Shown here in pieces: positions 11,775 to 28,010 of a stretch of 64,000 nucleotides of DNA. Source of the stretch: the human T2T-CHM13v2.0 reference genome, Homo sapiens. The notes beneath the pieces were generated by a model. It had not been told where the DNA came from, ran no database searches, and saw only the letters and a program-made list of their open reading frames with translations. The first letter of the stretch is position 1, and each line of letters opens with the position of its first letter. Made by a program: the position numbers and the translations under genes. The stretch is from NCBI RefSeq assembly GCF_009914755.1, contig NC_060937.1; one strand, written 5' to 3'.

Positions 11775-13835
11775 TTCTTTTTTTTAACAGCTTTATTGAG
11801 ATCTAATTGATATATAACGCATCCATTTAAAGTATATAATTCAGTTGTTTTTAGTGTATCCATGGAGTCATGCACTCATCAATTACCATAGTCAATTTGA
11901 AGACATTTTCATCCCCTCCGAAAGGAAACCCTGGACCCATTAGCAGTCCTCATTTTCCCTCAAGTCCCCAGCCCTAGACAGCCACTCATCTATAGTCTGT
12001 CCCTCTACATTTGACTATTCTAGACATTTCAATAAATGATTCATACAACATGTGGCCTTTTAGGTCTGGCTTCTTTCACAGCTTAATGTTTCAAGGTTGA
12101 TCCCTGTGGTAGCATGAATCAGTATTTCCTTTCTTTTCATTGCTGAATGATACTTCATTGTATGTATGTACCTCATTGTATGTATTCATTCATCAGTTGA
12201 TGGACATTTGGGTTGTTTGTACTTTTTAGCTGTTAGGAATAATATGCTATGAACATTTGTGTACAAGTTTTTATGTGGACATCTGTTTTCATTTCTCTTG
12301 GGCATATACCTATGCGTGGCATTGCTGAATCAAATGGTAACTCAGTGTTGAAATTTTGGAAGAATTGCCAGACTATTTCTCAAGCAGGCATGCACCATTT
12401 TACATTTCCATCAGCTATGTATGGGGGCTCCAGTTTTTAAACTGATGTGTGCTATTTAAAAATTTAAAAATTGTGGTAAAATGTATAAAACATAAACTTT
12501 ACCATTTTAACCAGTTTCAGTGTACAGTTCAGCCATAGTAAGTACATTCATTGTTATGCAACCAATCTCCAGAATCTTTTTATCTTGCAAAACTGAAACT
12601 CTGTACGGATTAAATGCCAAGTCCCTATTTATCCCACTCCCAGCCCCTGGCAACCTCTATTTTACTTTCTGTTTCCGTGTCACCAACACTTTTTCCCATC
12701 TGCTTTATTGATTCTAGCCAGCTTAACTAATGTGTCTGAAGTGGCATCTTATTTGGATTTGAGTTGCATTTCTCTGATGCATGATGATGTTGAACACCTT
12801 TTCATGTGCTTATTGGCTATTTGGATATCTTCAAAGAAATGCCTCTTCAAGTCTTTGCTCATTTTTTAATTGGGTTGCTTGCCATTTTGTTGTTGAGTTG
12901 TAAGGGTTTTTTATATATCCTGGATAGCAGACTCCTATCAGATATGTAATTTACAAGTATCTTCCATTCTACAGCTTTTCTTTTTACTTTCTTACTTAGT
13001 GGTGTTCTTTGCATTAAAGTTTTAAATTTTGATGAAATCATTTAGCTATTTGTTTTTTGGTTGGCTGTGCTCATAGTGTTGTATTTGAGAAACTATTGCC
13101 TAATCCAAGGCCGTGAAGATTTTCTCCCTATTTTTGTCTAAGAGTTTTATAGTTTCAGCTCTTAGATTTAGGCCTGTGCTCTATTTTGCATATGGTGTAA
13201 GGGAAGATCTCATTTCATTCTTTTGCATGTAGAAATGCATTTGTCCCAGTGTCATTTGTTGAAAGGATGATTCTTTCACCATTGAATGGTCTTAGTATTC
13301 TTGTTGAAAATGAATTGAGCATGACTATAAAATTTTATTTCTGAACCTTTAGTTCTATTTTCATTGATCTATATGTCTATCCTTGTGCTAGTACCACACT
13401 GTCTTGATTCCTGTGGCTTTATAGTAAGCTTTGAAATTAGGAAGTCTAAAATCTCAAAATTTGTTTTCTTTTCAAGATTGTTTAGGCTATTCTGATTCCC
13501 TTGAATTTTCTTATTAATTATAGGATCAGCTTGCAAATCATGCAAAGTCGTCAGCCAGGATTTTGATAGGATTGTACTGAATCTGTAGCTGAATTTGGGA
13601 TGCATTGCCATTTTAACAATACCAAGTCTCTCCAATTTATGAATCCATTTACTGAGGTCTTAAATATCTTTCAAAAATGTTTTCTAGCTTACAGAGTATA
13701 TGTTTTATACTTCTCCTGTTAAATTTAGGCCTAAATATTTTGTTCTTTCTGATGCTATTATAGATGGGATAGTTTTCATAATTTTTTTTTGATTATTGAT
13801 TGCAAGTCTATAGACATGTGATGGATTTTTTTTTC
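11775..13835 (-). mobile_element. Old L1MB-like element with a second L1M 3' end nested at ~12440-12675
   Basis: Antisense L1 3'UTR (acagctttattgag..., tcagttgatggacatttgggttg) and ORF2 remnants (RLGIVKMAMHPKFSYRFSTI). Confidence 0.87.
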
Positions 13836-13839
13836 TATG

Positions 13840-14855
13840 CAGCCATGCATCACTTAATGACAGGGATACGTTCTGATAAATGCATTGCTAGGCAATTTCA
13901 TCTCTGTGCGAACATTGTCAGAGTGTACTTACACAAAGCTAGATGGTACAGCCTACAACACACCCAGGCTCTCTAGTGTAGCCTGTTGCTTCTAGGCTAC
14001 AATCCTATACAGCATGTGACTGTACTGAATACTGTAGGCAGCTGTAACACAATGGTAAGTGTTTCTGTGTCTAAACATGGAAAAGGTACAGAAAAATACG
14101 GTATAAAAGTTTTTTTTTTAAATGACTTGTCTATGTAGGGCACTTATGAATGGAGTTTGCAGGACTGGAAGTTGCTCTGGGTGAGTCAGTGAGTGAGGAA
14201 TGAATGCGAAGGCCTAGGACATTGCTGTTCGCTGCTCTAAACTTTAGAAATACTGTCCACTTAGTCCACTCTAAATGTATTTAATATATGTGCTGCTGAA
14301 GCAAGCACTCTAAATTTATTGAAACTTTTTTCATAATAAATTGACCTTAGTTACTATAAGCTTGTTACTTTATAAATTTTAATTTTTAAAATCTTTTACT
14401 GTTTTGTGATAACACCTAGCTTAAAACACAAATATATTATACAGCTGTACAAATATAATTTCTTTATAGCCTTATTCTTCTCTACTGTCCCTATTCCATA
14501 ATCTTTTTTTTATTAAAATTTGTTTTGCACTTCTTAAGCTTTTTTGTTTTGTACTTTTTAAGCTTTTTTGTTAAAAATGAAGACAGAAACGTACACATTA
14601 GCCTAGGTCTACATAGGGTCAGCATCATCCATATCACTGTCTACCACCTCCATCCACATCTTGTCCCACTAGAAGGTCTTCAGGGGAAGTAACACGCATA
14701 GAGCTGTCATCTGCTATAATAATAACGCCTTCTTCTGGACTCTGTCCTGAAGGACCTGCCTGAGGCTGTTTTACAGTTGACTTTTTTTTTTTTTTTTGTT
14801 AAAGTAAGTAAGTAGAAAGCATACACTTTACATGAACTATAAAAAGTATAGTATA
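13840..14855 (+). mobile_element. Tigger3/MER7-like DNA transposon, one end missing
   Basis: Starts cagccatgcatcacttaatgacagggatacgttctga; internal ggactggaagttgctctgggtgagtcagtgagtg. Confidence 0.8.
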
Positions 14856-15026
14856 GGCCGGGTGCGGTGGCTTAACACCTATAATCCCAGCACTTTGGGA
14901 GGCCAAGGCGGGTGGATCACCTGAGGTCAGGAGTTCGAGACCAGCCTGGTCAACATGGTGAAACCCCATCTCTACTAAAAATACAAAAATTAGCCGGATG
15001 TGGTGGCACTCTCCTAAAATCCCAGC
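14856..15026 (+). mobile_element. AluS truncated in the right arm
   Basis: Complete left monomer and linker, breaks at aatcccagc. Confidence 0.92.
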
Positions 15027-15304
15027 ACCTCATATAGTGTCTGACATGTAATAAATGTTTGAATAAAAAGTTGTGTTGGAATTATTAAACTACTTGTGGA
15101 AAACTCTTGTTTGGGGTATTTGTTTTGGTTTTGTTTTCCTCTTTAGGAAGGATCCTTGCATGGGGAAAGAGGCCTGGCCAGATGAGATAAAAATCTGTTT
15201 CCAGTTAGGCTGAGGCTTAGAAGCAGGAAAGGTCCTTTCCACCAGCCTCAGTTTATGGATGGGATTAGCAGTGTTGTAACACTAAACTTTGAGGCATGTA
15301 TGAC

Positions 15305-15741
15305 TGTGTTTGTCTTTTTTGTTTTGCTATAAAGGAATACCTGAGCCTGGGTCATTTATAAAGAAAAGAGGTTAAATTGGCTCACGGTTCTGCAGGCTGT
15401 ACAGGAAACATAGTGCCAGTATCTGCCTCCAGTGAGGCCTCAGGAAGCTTCCAGTCACAGTGGGAGGTGAAGGGGAAGTAGGTGTGTCACATGATGAGAG
15501 AGGAAGTGAGAGAGAGACAGAGAGAGAGAGAGAGAGCGCAGGAAAGAGGATGGGCCCTTTAAACAGCCAGCTCGAAGTGAACTTACAGAGTGAGAACACA
15601 CCCATTACCCTGGTGAGGGCACCAGGCCAGTCCTGAAGGAGCCATCCCCATGACCCAAACACCTCCCCCAGGCCCCGCTTCAACACTGGGGATCACATTT
15701 CAATGTGAGATTTGGAGAGGACAAACATCTAGACCATATCA
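15305..15741 (-). mobile_element. MST-family (MSTB-like) MaLR solo LTR with internal (GA)n
   Basis: tg...ca termini; gctataaaggaatacctgag...ggctcacggttctgcaggctgtacagg; 5-bp TSD atgac/atggc. Confidence 0.88.
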
Positions 15742-16521
15742 ATGGCTGTCTTTTTTGAAGACATTTCCTTTAATTTTTTAAAACTGTCATTTCTAGTAAT
15801 TTTGTTCTGCTGGGGTTAAATATATTTGGCTGTGCAGATTTTATCAGTGTTAGAAAAACTCAGCATGTTGCGCCACATCAGTCGGGCCAGGTAAACAAAG
15901 CTAGTCCATTACACCAAACCCAAAGAAGGCAAAGGCAGCTCACCGAGGGCTCACAGCAGGGCCTTGGTGCCCAGGGTGGCTTAGTGCATTCAGGGGCACC
16001 ATTGTTTTTATCAGTACACTTGGAATCAGGGCTTCTGAGGATATCTGCTCACATATATTCCTCATTCACATAACTTGCCAGAAAAGATATAGAGAGATTG
16101 CTGCATACCTGGATGACTTCAAGGTAGTAAAGCTATAACTTTTGAGGGGTTATAATTTCCAACACACTCTCTCACTGAGTCTAAACTTTTTCATCTAATT
16201 TTCTTTTGTTTGCATGTTGAGGTGCATTTGGCAGAGGGCTGAATTTTTCACATATAAAAACATATATGAAACATTTTTCAATACAAGTCAAATATAATAA
16301 ACACACATTTTCTTGAGGATAGACATCATCCTTTATCACTTCCCTCTGTAAAACCACCATCAAACCCAACCAAGACTGAATGACAGAACTAGAAACATTT
16401 AACAACGGCATCATCATGCCTTAAGCTTAGTACACAAAATAGCATTGTGTTTAAGGGTTGAAACGCTTTCTATGTTGTAAGTTTTCCAAGAGGTACAAGT
16501 CAAGGCTTTCACTACTTTATA

Positions 16522-16748
16522 CAAGCTTGTCCAGCCCACGGCTCACGGGCCACATGCAGCCCAAGATGGCTTTGAATGGGGCCCAACACAAATTCGTAAA
16601 CTTTCTCAAAACATTATGAGATTTCTTTACATTTTTTTTTTTTTTAGCTCAGCAGCTATCATTAGTGTTAGTGTATTTTATGCGTGGCCCAAGACAATTC
16701 TTCTTCTTCCAGAGTGGCCCAGGGAAGCCAAAAGATTGGACACCCCTG
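16522..16748 (-). mobile_element. MER30 (hAT-Charlie MITE)
   Basis: caagcttgtcca...gggaagccaaaagattggacacccctg; ctttata on both flanks. Confidence 0.9.
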
Positions 16749-18768
16749 CTTTATAATGTTCTCTATGGGCTAATGGTGGCCGTACCTGTCAGCACTCCTG
16801 GGGTGAGATGGGGGCGGGGTGAGCAGGACTCTTCTCTGTGCTGGGAGTAGAGGCTTAGAGGCACTCACTCTCATCCTGGTTTTGCTCCATGTGACTTTTA
16901 AAATAATCACGGGCGCTTCCTCAGACACAGCGTCACATGGTGTTTTCCATGTATTGGGTCACTTCCCACACACAGCACATTGAGCAGACATTACTCCCCC
17001 CTCTACCCAGGAGAAAACTGAAACACACAGGAAGTGGCGCGCTCAAGGTCACCCAGAAAAGCCAGCTGCCTTCACAGGACAGTCTTGAGAAGTGTGGAGG
17101 AGAGCGCCAAGGGACAGTAACAGAGCTATGAGGGCTTCCTTACCTGTGGCATCTGTTGACGACTGTGTCTGAATAAGTTTTGAGTGAATGGGTACCTGGT
17201 GCTGGCGCTTGCTGAGAATGACTTATTTTGGAAGGTCAGTGTTAAAATCATTTGGATGTGGAAATTCCATACAGAAAATTCTCTGGGAAAAATGTTTGGT
17301 TTTGCCCTGAACCCAAGGAGCCAGATTACTTTCCTTATTGTACCCAATAATTACTTACTTATTGTACCCAAAACTGCTGAGCTCAACAGAACCTGCACCT
17401 GCTGTGCGGGTCCCAGCTGGGCCAAGCAGCCACCAGCCCAGAACCATTTGGTCACCAGCAGATACCCTCATTTGGATGGAAAGTGAAGAGAAAAGCGTAC
17501 AATGGAGCCAACCAAATCACAAAGATTATCACTTTTTTGGTGGTAGTGTTGCCAGTTTTGATTTTTCTAGAGTGTCTGTTTAACTTGTTGATTTTTTTTC
17601 TCTCTGATGTGTAATTGTTGTTATCCATTAACTTAATGCTGGGCAACAGCATGAACTCACTAATCACAGTGAGGAGTTTTGTATTCTGTGCAGGACAAAG
17701 TTCAACGCTCTGCTAATTTCATGATCTCAGTTGTGAAGGTCCAAGTGACTGGACCTAATATAAAATCGTGTCCACCATGGTATGACCTCTCTGGTGACAT
17801 TATGAAGACTTGAAAAGGCAGGATGGGTCCAGATTTTTTTTTTAATAAAATACTTCTTTAGTTATTTTGATGAAAGGCAGTGTAAAAGGAAAATCCATTG
17901 TTTTCCTGTTGTTCTGAGTTGAGTCAAGCGACGGAGTCTACGGAAAATGACCACTTCTTTACTCTTCCAGAGTCCTAGCAGCCGTATGGGTCATTCCTCA
18001 GGAAAGTGCGGGTGCCTTTGAAAGTGGGCACTGGGGCCGTCTTTGAAAGGCACGTGTATCGAGCATTGTGTTTTGCTTCTCCAGGGGACCTGCTCTGTCA
18101 CTGCATTTGTTGCCAGTTCGGGCATTTCCCCCGCTTTCTGTAGCTCCTTGTGTGCCACCTTTCCTAATCATAAGCCCTGAAGCTCCCCTGTGACGTATTT
18201 TTGTGCTGCTGAGTAGATGCTAGTTTGTTACAAAAGACCATACAATAAATGCTTTTGTGTGTAATAGTGCCCATCACACATGATAGGCACTCAGTGAAGT
18301 TTTACTGCTTGCTTTATAAAGAAATTTTTTCCACAAGGGATTTTATTTCTTAGTGAAGTACTGCCATGAGGATGATTTTTAGGGCCCTATAATTTAGATT
18401 TTCCTGATTCAAGACTGTAATTTATTCTTAAGCTATCTGGAGATCCACTTAATGAGAAATAAACCTTTTAAGAGGGCTGAAAGAACCAAGATTTTAAATG
18501 GCCAAATTAAGGCTTTTATATCACCTCTGGAAATAACTACTCGTTTAATTTTAAATCCATTAATAGCCTTCTGTAATTTTGACATAATGACTATTGATAA
18601 GTCCTTTATATGGTCTCATTTCAGAAATCTTAAGGAAATAATTGGTGTTAACGTAATAGGCATCGTGTTTTAAACATCATATGAAACATCATAATTGAAG
18701 GTTTCTCAATTCCTGGATTTAACTTAGAACACATACAAATAGATGCAGTTTTTTTTTTTCATGAGCCC

Positions 18769-19196
18769 TGTGTTAGTCAGGGTTCTCCAGAGAAAGAACT
18801 AAAAGAATGTGTGTGTGTGCGCACACACATACATCAAGAGACAGAGAGAGAGAGAGAGATTAAGGAATTGGCTCATGTGATTGTGAAGCCTGGCAAGTTC
18901 AAAATAAGCAGGGTAGGTCAGTAGGCTGGAGTGTCTGGCAGGCGTTGATGTTTTAGGCTTGAATCTTATGGCAATCTTAAGGCCAAATTTCTTTCTTTTC
19001 TGGAGACTTCAGTCTTTTAAGGCCTTCAACTGATTAGAGGAGGCCCATCCACATCATCTGCCTCACTCAAAATCTACTGATTTAACTGTCAATCACATCT
19101 AGAAAAGATCTTCACAGCAACATCCAGACTGGTGTTTGGCCAAATAACTGGGCATCACAGTCCTAGCCACGCTGACACATAAGATGAACCATCACA
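18769..19196 (-). mobile_element. MLT2-family ERVL solo LTR
   Basis: tgtgttagtcagggttctccagaga...aaggaattggctcatgtgattgtg...aaccatcaca. Confidence 0.85.
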
Positions 19197-21030
19197 ACTA
19201 CCAGTGAGGAAACGGGAATGTTACGGTTCACAGGGGAACCTAAAGAAGAAGTCCTCTTTGCTTCACCTGCTTACATGATGTAGGGTTAATTGCAAAGCAA
19301 AAGTAGAAAATTAGAAGGTTTGGGAATAGCTACAGGAAAATTGGATGCTACACCAGCAATTAGGGATTAATAGTATGACTAAGGTCAGAGGTTTACGATA
19401 TGTCAGGGATACACAAACTCACGTGTTGTATGTTTGCTGGCGACTGATAATAGTCTTCAAACCAAGAGGGAACATCAGCCATAGTCCAGAAAAACTGATG
19501 ACAGAGTTTCCTAAATCCCAGAAACGAATAAAAATAGGACATCAACAATGTTCTACGAGTCAAGATTAAAGCTGAAATTATTTTAGGTTGTCCCCAGGGT
19601 CTAAGTAATGCCACTGTGCTAGGCCCAAGAGCTAAAGAGAAGTTAGTTCCCTTTCAGAGTTTCTTAACCTTCAGTGTCAGGAGGCCAAAGCAAAGCATAA
19701 CATTGTTACGGGAACATTAATTTTCTGCACAGAAAATACAGGTTTGAGAGGGAAGTGCTCCACAGGGCAACTTGTTTGAAATGGGCAACAACGCTATTGA
19801 GGCGGTTGATCAAGTTGAAGAGAAAAGGGAAGGAAGAGCTGGAAATAGGATTGGAAATCCTAGTGTGTTTGGCTTTTGCATATTCTCATGAAATTCCAAT
19901 TGGTGAATTTATTAAGAAGTTGATTTCATTTCTGTAAAGTCACACTTAACATGCTGTTTAGTTAAAAAGAGCCTCATTATGGGTCAGATGTGTAGGTGTT
20001 GATTTATGCAAACTGAGAAGAACCAACAAAGAGACTTCTCTTAATCCTTTTCCTTGAGGAGGATGTTCCAGCAAACACCAGGTTGCATGTTATGACAGCC
20101 TAGCACAAAACTACCTTTTTCAAAGCAATGTCGTCTGTTTTCAGATGCTCTACTCTCACTGCTTGTATAATTCTAGGAATTTCAGAACCCATGAATTTTG
20201 GCTACCAAAATTCTTTAGCTATCCAAAGAAAGGAGAAAGAAATAGTCACAGCAAGATCTGCTTTTCTGTTGCAGTCATCCCTGCCTCAGAGTGACACATG
20301 AGTCATGACTGGAGGTAGATGAAGAAACTACGCTTCTGGTTGTCTGGCCTCTTTTCTGAGTAGTCCTAGCTATCTTCAGTTCTCAGTGGCTTTGTTAACA
20401 CACAATCATTGCCCTCTTTCTCTCCACCCTTCTATTTATAGAAGTTTGACAGGGATGTGGAAAACAGCGACCGGCTTACGTTTTATTCTGCCTTGCTTTA
20501 TTGCATTTTGCGGAAATTGCACCTTTTACAAACTGAGGGTTTGTGGCAACCCTGTGTGGAGCAAGTCTATTGGTGCCATTCATTGTTACAATAGCATGTG
20601 CGTACATCTTGTCTGTTACTTTTTGATAATTCTCAAAACATTTCAAGCATTTAAATTATTATATCTGTTATGGTAATCTATGATCAGAGATCTTTGATGT
20701 TACTATTGTAATTGTTTTGGGCTTCATGAACTACACCTATATAAGATGGTAAACTTGATCAATAAATGTTGTATATGTTTTGACTGCTTCACTGCTGGCC
20801 ACTCCCAGTCTCTCTGCCTCTTCTCAGGCCTTCTTATTTCCTGAGACAGAACAATATTGAAAGTAGGCCAATTAATAACTCTACAATAACCTCTAAGTGT
20901 TCAAGTGAAAGGAAGAGTCGCCCATCTCTATTTTAAATCCAAAGCTAGGAATGATTAAGCTTAGTGAGGAAGGCATGTTGAAAGCCAAGATAGGCTCAAA
21001 GCTTGGCCTCTTGTGCCACATGGTTAGCTA

Positions 21031-21405
<375 letters not shown>

Positions 21406-22213
21406 TTAAGAAAGTGAAACAGCCTTATCGCTGATATTGAGAAAGTTTTAGTGGTCCAGATAGAGATCAAACTGGCCATAATATTTCCTTAAGCCAAAGG
21501 CTAATCCAAAGTCTAATCCAAAGCAAGTCTCTAACTCTCTTTAATTCTGTGAAGACTGAGAGAGGTGAAGAAAGGTTTGAAGCTAGTAGATGCGGGTTCT
21601 TGAGGTTTAAGGAAAGAAGCCATCTCTGTAACATAAGTGCAGGGTGAAGCAGCAAGTGCTGATGTAGAAGCTGAAGCAAGTTCTTCAGAAGATCTAGCTA
21701 AGATAATTGATGAAGATGATGACACCAAACAACAGATTTTCAGTGTAGACAAAACAGCCTTCTAGAGGAAGAAGATGCCATTCTAGGATTTTTCTAGCTA
21801 GAGAGGAGAAGTCAGTGTCTGGTTTCAGAGCTTCAAAGGACACAATGATTCTCCGGTTAGGGGCTAATGCAGCTGGTGACTTAAAGCATGTGCTCATTTA
21901 CCATTCTGAAAATCCTAGGCCTGTAGAATTATGCTAAATCTACTCTGCCTGTGTTCCATAAATGGAACAAAGCCTAGATGACAGTACATCTGGATATTTT
22001 TAGCCCACTGTTGAGACCTACTGTTTAGAAAAAGGATTCTTTTTGAAATATTACTGCTCATTGACAATGTGCCAGTCACCCAAGAGCTCTAATGGAGAAG
22101 TACAACGAGATGAATATTGTTTTCCTGCCTGCTAATACAGCATCCATTTTGCAGCCCATGGATCAAGGAGTAATTTTGACTCTGATGTCTTATCATTTAA
22201 GAAATATATTTCA

Positions 22214-23464
<1,251 letters not shown>

Positions 23465-24194
23465 TAAGGCTGTAGTTACCATGGATGGTGATTCCTCTGA
23501 TGGATCTGGGCAAAGTAAAGTGAAAACCTTCTGGAACTGATTCACCATTCTAGATGCCATAAAGAACAGGAGGAGGTAAAAATACCACCCTTAACAGGAA
23601 TTTGGAAGAAGTGGATTCCACCCCTCATGGATGACTTTGAGGGGTTTGAGACTTCAGTGGAGGATGTAACTGCAGATGTGGTGGAAACATCAAGAGAACT
23701 GGAATTAGAAGTGGAGGCTGAAGATTTGATGGAAGTGCTGCAATCTCATGATAAAAATGGAATGAGGAGTTGCTTCTTGTGGAGGAGCAAAGAGAGTGGT
23801 TTCTTGTGACGGAAACTACCTCTGGTGAAGATGCTGTGAACACGGTTGAAATGACAACAAAGGATTTAGAATATTACATAAATTTAATTGATAAAGCAGT
23901 AGCAGGATTTCAGAGGAAAGATTCCAGTTTTGAAGGTTCTGCTGTGGGTAAAATGCTATCAAACAGTATCTCATCCTGTAGAGAAATCCTATATGAAGGA
24001 AGAGTCAACAAATGCAGCAAACCTCACTGTCTTCTCATTTTAAGAAATTGCCACTGCAGCCTTCAGTAACCACCACCCAGATCAGTCAGCAGCCACTACC
24101 ATTGAGGCAAGACCCTCCACCAGAAAAAAGATTAGGACTTGCTGAATGCTTGGATGATTGTTAACATTTTTTAGCAACGAAGTCTTTTTAAATT

Positions 24195-24348
24195 TATTAA
24201 TTAAATAAATTAATTATTATTTTATGTTTGTAGAGACAGCATCTCTCGATATTGCCTAGGCTGGTCTCGATCACCTGGCCTCAAACAATCCTCCTGCCTC
24301 GGCCTCCCAAAATGTTGGGATTATAGACATGAGCCATCTTGCCCAGCC
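24195..24348 (-). mobile_element. FLAM/Alu left monomer in the Tigger1 3' region
   Basis: gtagagacagc...ctcggcctcccaaaatgttgggattatagacatgagcc. Confidence 0.85.
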
Positions 24349-24389
24349 AAATTTTAAAATTAATGTATGTACATTTTTTTCAAACATAA

Positions 24390-24880
<491 letters not shown>

Positions 24881-24936
24881 TACATTGCTTTCTAAAGCCC
24901 TTGCATCTCCTGCATACCTCATCAGAGTAATGAAAA

Positions 24937-25345
24937 TGTTGCAGAATTTTGCTCCTTAGTTCAGCTAAAACCGGGTTCTTGTCACACAAGCAGGAAAATT
25001 TAGGCCTGCGTACACATTGAAGGGTGAACAGTGCAGGATTATTACAGGGCGAAAAGGGAACAAAAAAGAAAAATACACGGCAAAGTGAGATGGAGTCCTG
25101 CTAACAAGCCCCCACCTCACCCAGGCCACCACACAGGAGCTGAAGAGGTCAGGCTTCTACCCCGATCTGTGGCTCCACCCTGGTTCCCCCAGTCCATTGT
25201 GGCCATGCTCAGACAAGGCCCTGGGCAGGTTGCCTCATAGGGGGCACAAAAGCAGCTGATGTAAACTCTTGTTGGGCAGGCAAGGAGATTCACCAGGGAC
25301 CCCCCTCCCCCCACACCTTATCTGCCTAAGCATTTGGCTATCTCA
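24937..25345 (-). mobile_element. ERV1 solo LTR, MER61-like
   Basis: tgttgcagaattttgctccttagttcagctaaaaccgggttcttgtcacac...tatctca; tg...ca termini. Confidence 0.7.
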
Positions 25346-25779
25346 AAAGCACATTCTAAGTTAAACAATGACCTGTTAATTTCCAATTCAGGGGCTTTTT
25401 CCTGTAGTTCTCTGCTTGTGTTTTGAGGTGTTCGTCTCCTCCTCCTTGCAGCTCTGCTTGGTGACTCTGATGCCTGCTACTCTAGTTCTCCTCCTGCCCC
25501 TTCAGTCTCTGTGCCAGTTCCTCTTCCTCCTCCTACCCGCTGAAACAGCGTCTTCCTCAGAATACTGTTTCCAGCAGTTCCCATGGCCTCACCTATCACC
25601 TCATCTGCACTCACTCCAGACATCTTGAGAGTCAAGACCTGAAGTCCTGTCTGTTAGTACATATTTAATGTGGTAGGCACTTGAGTATTGAATGAAAACT
25701 CAGGCACCTTCCTCTCACTAGGTCTGCACACCTGCCCTGGCCCCAGAGCACACAGATAGGCTTACCCGCTTCTACGGTG

Positions 25780-27050
25780 TGATTGGGTCAGGCTGTTGGA
25801 GAAGCAGAGAGAAGATTTGTTGTGGAAGGGGTGCCATGGAGACAGATCTTGAAGATCTCAAGGATTTTGAGAGGGTGACATGGGAAAAAAAGGCCTTCTG
25901 CATGGGTGGAACTGCCTAAAACTAGGTTAGGCAACAGGAGGCACTTCCAGAGCCCAGCAGGTGGTCCTGGGAGCACTGGTAGAGATGGACAGGAGGAAAA
26001 GGATTCTTTCCTCCCCCTGCTGTTCTCAAAACACCAAGCACTGTAACCGGCACATTATAAGTGCTCTTTAAGGTTTTGAGAGAAGTTGAAAGTCAAGGTG
26101 TGTGGGCTGAGAGCCCTGGGGGGCCAGGCTGAGGAGCTTGACACATAATCCAGGAAGGGACAGGAGCCACTGAGCATTGTTGAGGAGGGCAGTGACTGAC
26201 TGGGGAGGACCTTCAGGAAGCTTTGTCTGGCATGTGGGCGCTGGATGGATAGGAGAGTAGAAAAGTGGACAAGTGAGTACACTGAGGGGGAAGTGACGGA
26301 GCTCTGAGGAAGGGGAGTTGCAGGGGAAATGGACAGGAGGGAATGACTCCAGTGAGCTGGGGGCACAAGGGAAAGTAGGTGAGGGTGGGGGAGAGAGATG
26401 ACAAAGGCCAGTGTTGGAGGAACTGGGAGAACGGAGGCATTGTTGACACAGGCGGTGGCCATGTTGTTTGTACTGGGGGCCTGGTGAGCAGATGCCTCAG
26501 CGTGGTTGAATCTGAGTGTGAGGAGTGAGGCCTGCGGGGGGTGCTCCCCAGTTGGTGCCAGGATAGCTTCACCTGGAGCCGAGAATGGGTGATGTGGTGG
26601 TCGCTCAGGCACATGGAGTTGCTGGAGAAACCAGTTGAGTCTGGAACCTTGGGAAGGGGCAGGAACAGGAGGAAGGATGGAGAAGGGGCACTCAGGTGGG
26701 AGGAAGCCTGGAGAGGAATCAGTGGCATCAGAGGCACTGGATTCTCTGAAAAGAGTCCCTTCGATTTGGCACTTAGCTATGCTTTAGCAAATATCAGAGG
26801 AGCAGGTCTTCTTCTGGAGGAAGAAGTAGGGTTAGTGTGGAAACGTAGCTATTCCTCAGTGAGCAATTGTTGGCTGAATCCTGCTACATGTCAGACGTTG
26901 TGCCAGGTGATGAAGTGGTCACAATGAGGAAGATGGATGTGGAGAGTTGCTGGGTGGTGCCCAGAAGATCAGTAATTGGGATTTTAACACATTGTGATGA
27001 GTTTAGAAGGGTGGAAGCTCTGAGGACTATAGAGACACAAAAAGGCAGAA
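25780..27050 (-). mobile_element. Degenerate L2 fragments (purine-rich)
   Basis: gagccactgagcattgttgaggagggcagtgact..., attcctcagtgagcaattgttggctg...; boundaries uncertain. Confidence 0.5.
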
Positions 27051-28010
27051 ACTGGAAAAGAGTTTGTAGAGGTTTCTTACCTTCTCAACCATTCAAGTTC
27101 ATAGCCCATCTTCCCAACTTTGCATCCATGGTTCAGTAGCCGAGTCTGTGGTGGGCACCTCATTGATCTTTGCTGCTTTATGGTTTTATGAACTCTAGCA
27201 GCTTCCCCTGCAGACATTGAGACACCTTGTAGAACCTAGGCAAGACTGCAGTGGTACAGGCAGTGGCCAGATCACACATTATATAAGATGATGCCAATAC
27301 GTATAGTTATTTAAATGTGCAGCTAAAATCGTCCTGAATGTTGTTGCATCATTTCAAATATATGACTTACAAAAGAAGAAAAGAAAAGTTAGCGCCGTTC
27401 AATCATCCTGAGATTGCTCCTTTGCCTGGGACTTGCAAGAGTAGGACAGGAAGTGGAGAGGAAAATGTCCAGGCTCTTTGCAGGCTGAGGTGCACATTAC
27501 TGGAAATGTTGAGAATCACTGACAGAGCGAACCATCCAGCTCTGTGAAATAGGAGAAACCAACTAGCTGGAGAGGTAGGATGCATGCTCTGAGTACTTAA
27601 CAATCCTTATTTTACAACTTCTGAATCCGTAACAGTTTGAGGATTTGGTAGTCAGTGATCCTGCTAATAGCTGCATAATAAGCCCGGTAGGTCCTCATTG
27701 ATTCACCACTCACCGACTGGTCTGCCGCTTTCCACTGGAAGGACTAGGATTTCTTCTTCTAACACTGTTTATTCTATGGCTGAATCATTTGTACACTATT
27801 AAAAATTCTACGTGCTTTACGATATGTGGAATCTTGACCTCACTTGTCGGAATTTAATCAATGATTTAATCTCTACCTGTCTAAGCAGCTCACAATGGTT
27901 TTCTTATCCAAAGGATAGTTGCAGAATGTTTGTTAATTGGGACAGGAGTAAAATAGTGAATCTTGTAAGGATGAATTATGACTAAATTCATGGGAAGTGG
28001 ACGATACAAC

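Noticed and set aside
26055-26927. Overlapping 185, 174 and 128 aa ORFs
   Set aside because: Purine/pyrimidine-skewed L2-like sequence gives stop-poor frames; the peptides are low-complexity with no family resemblance.
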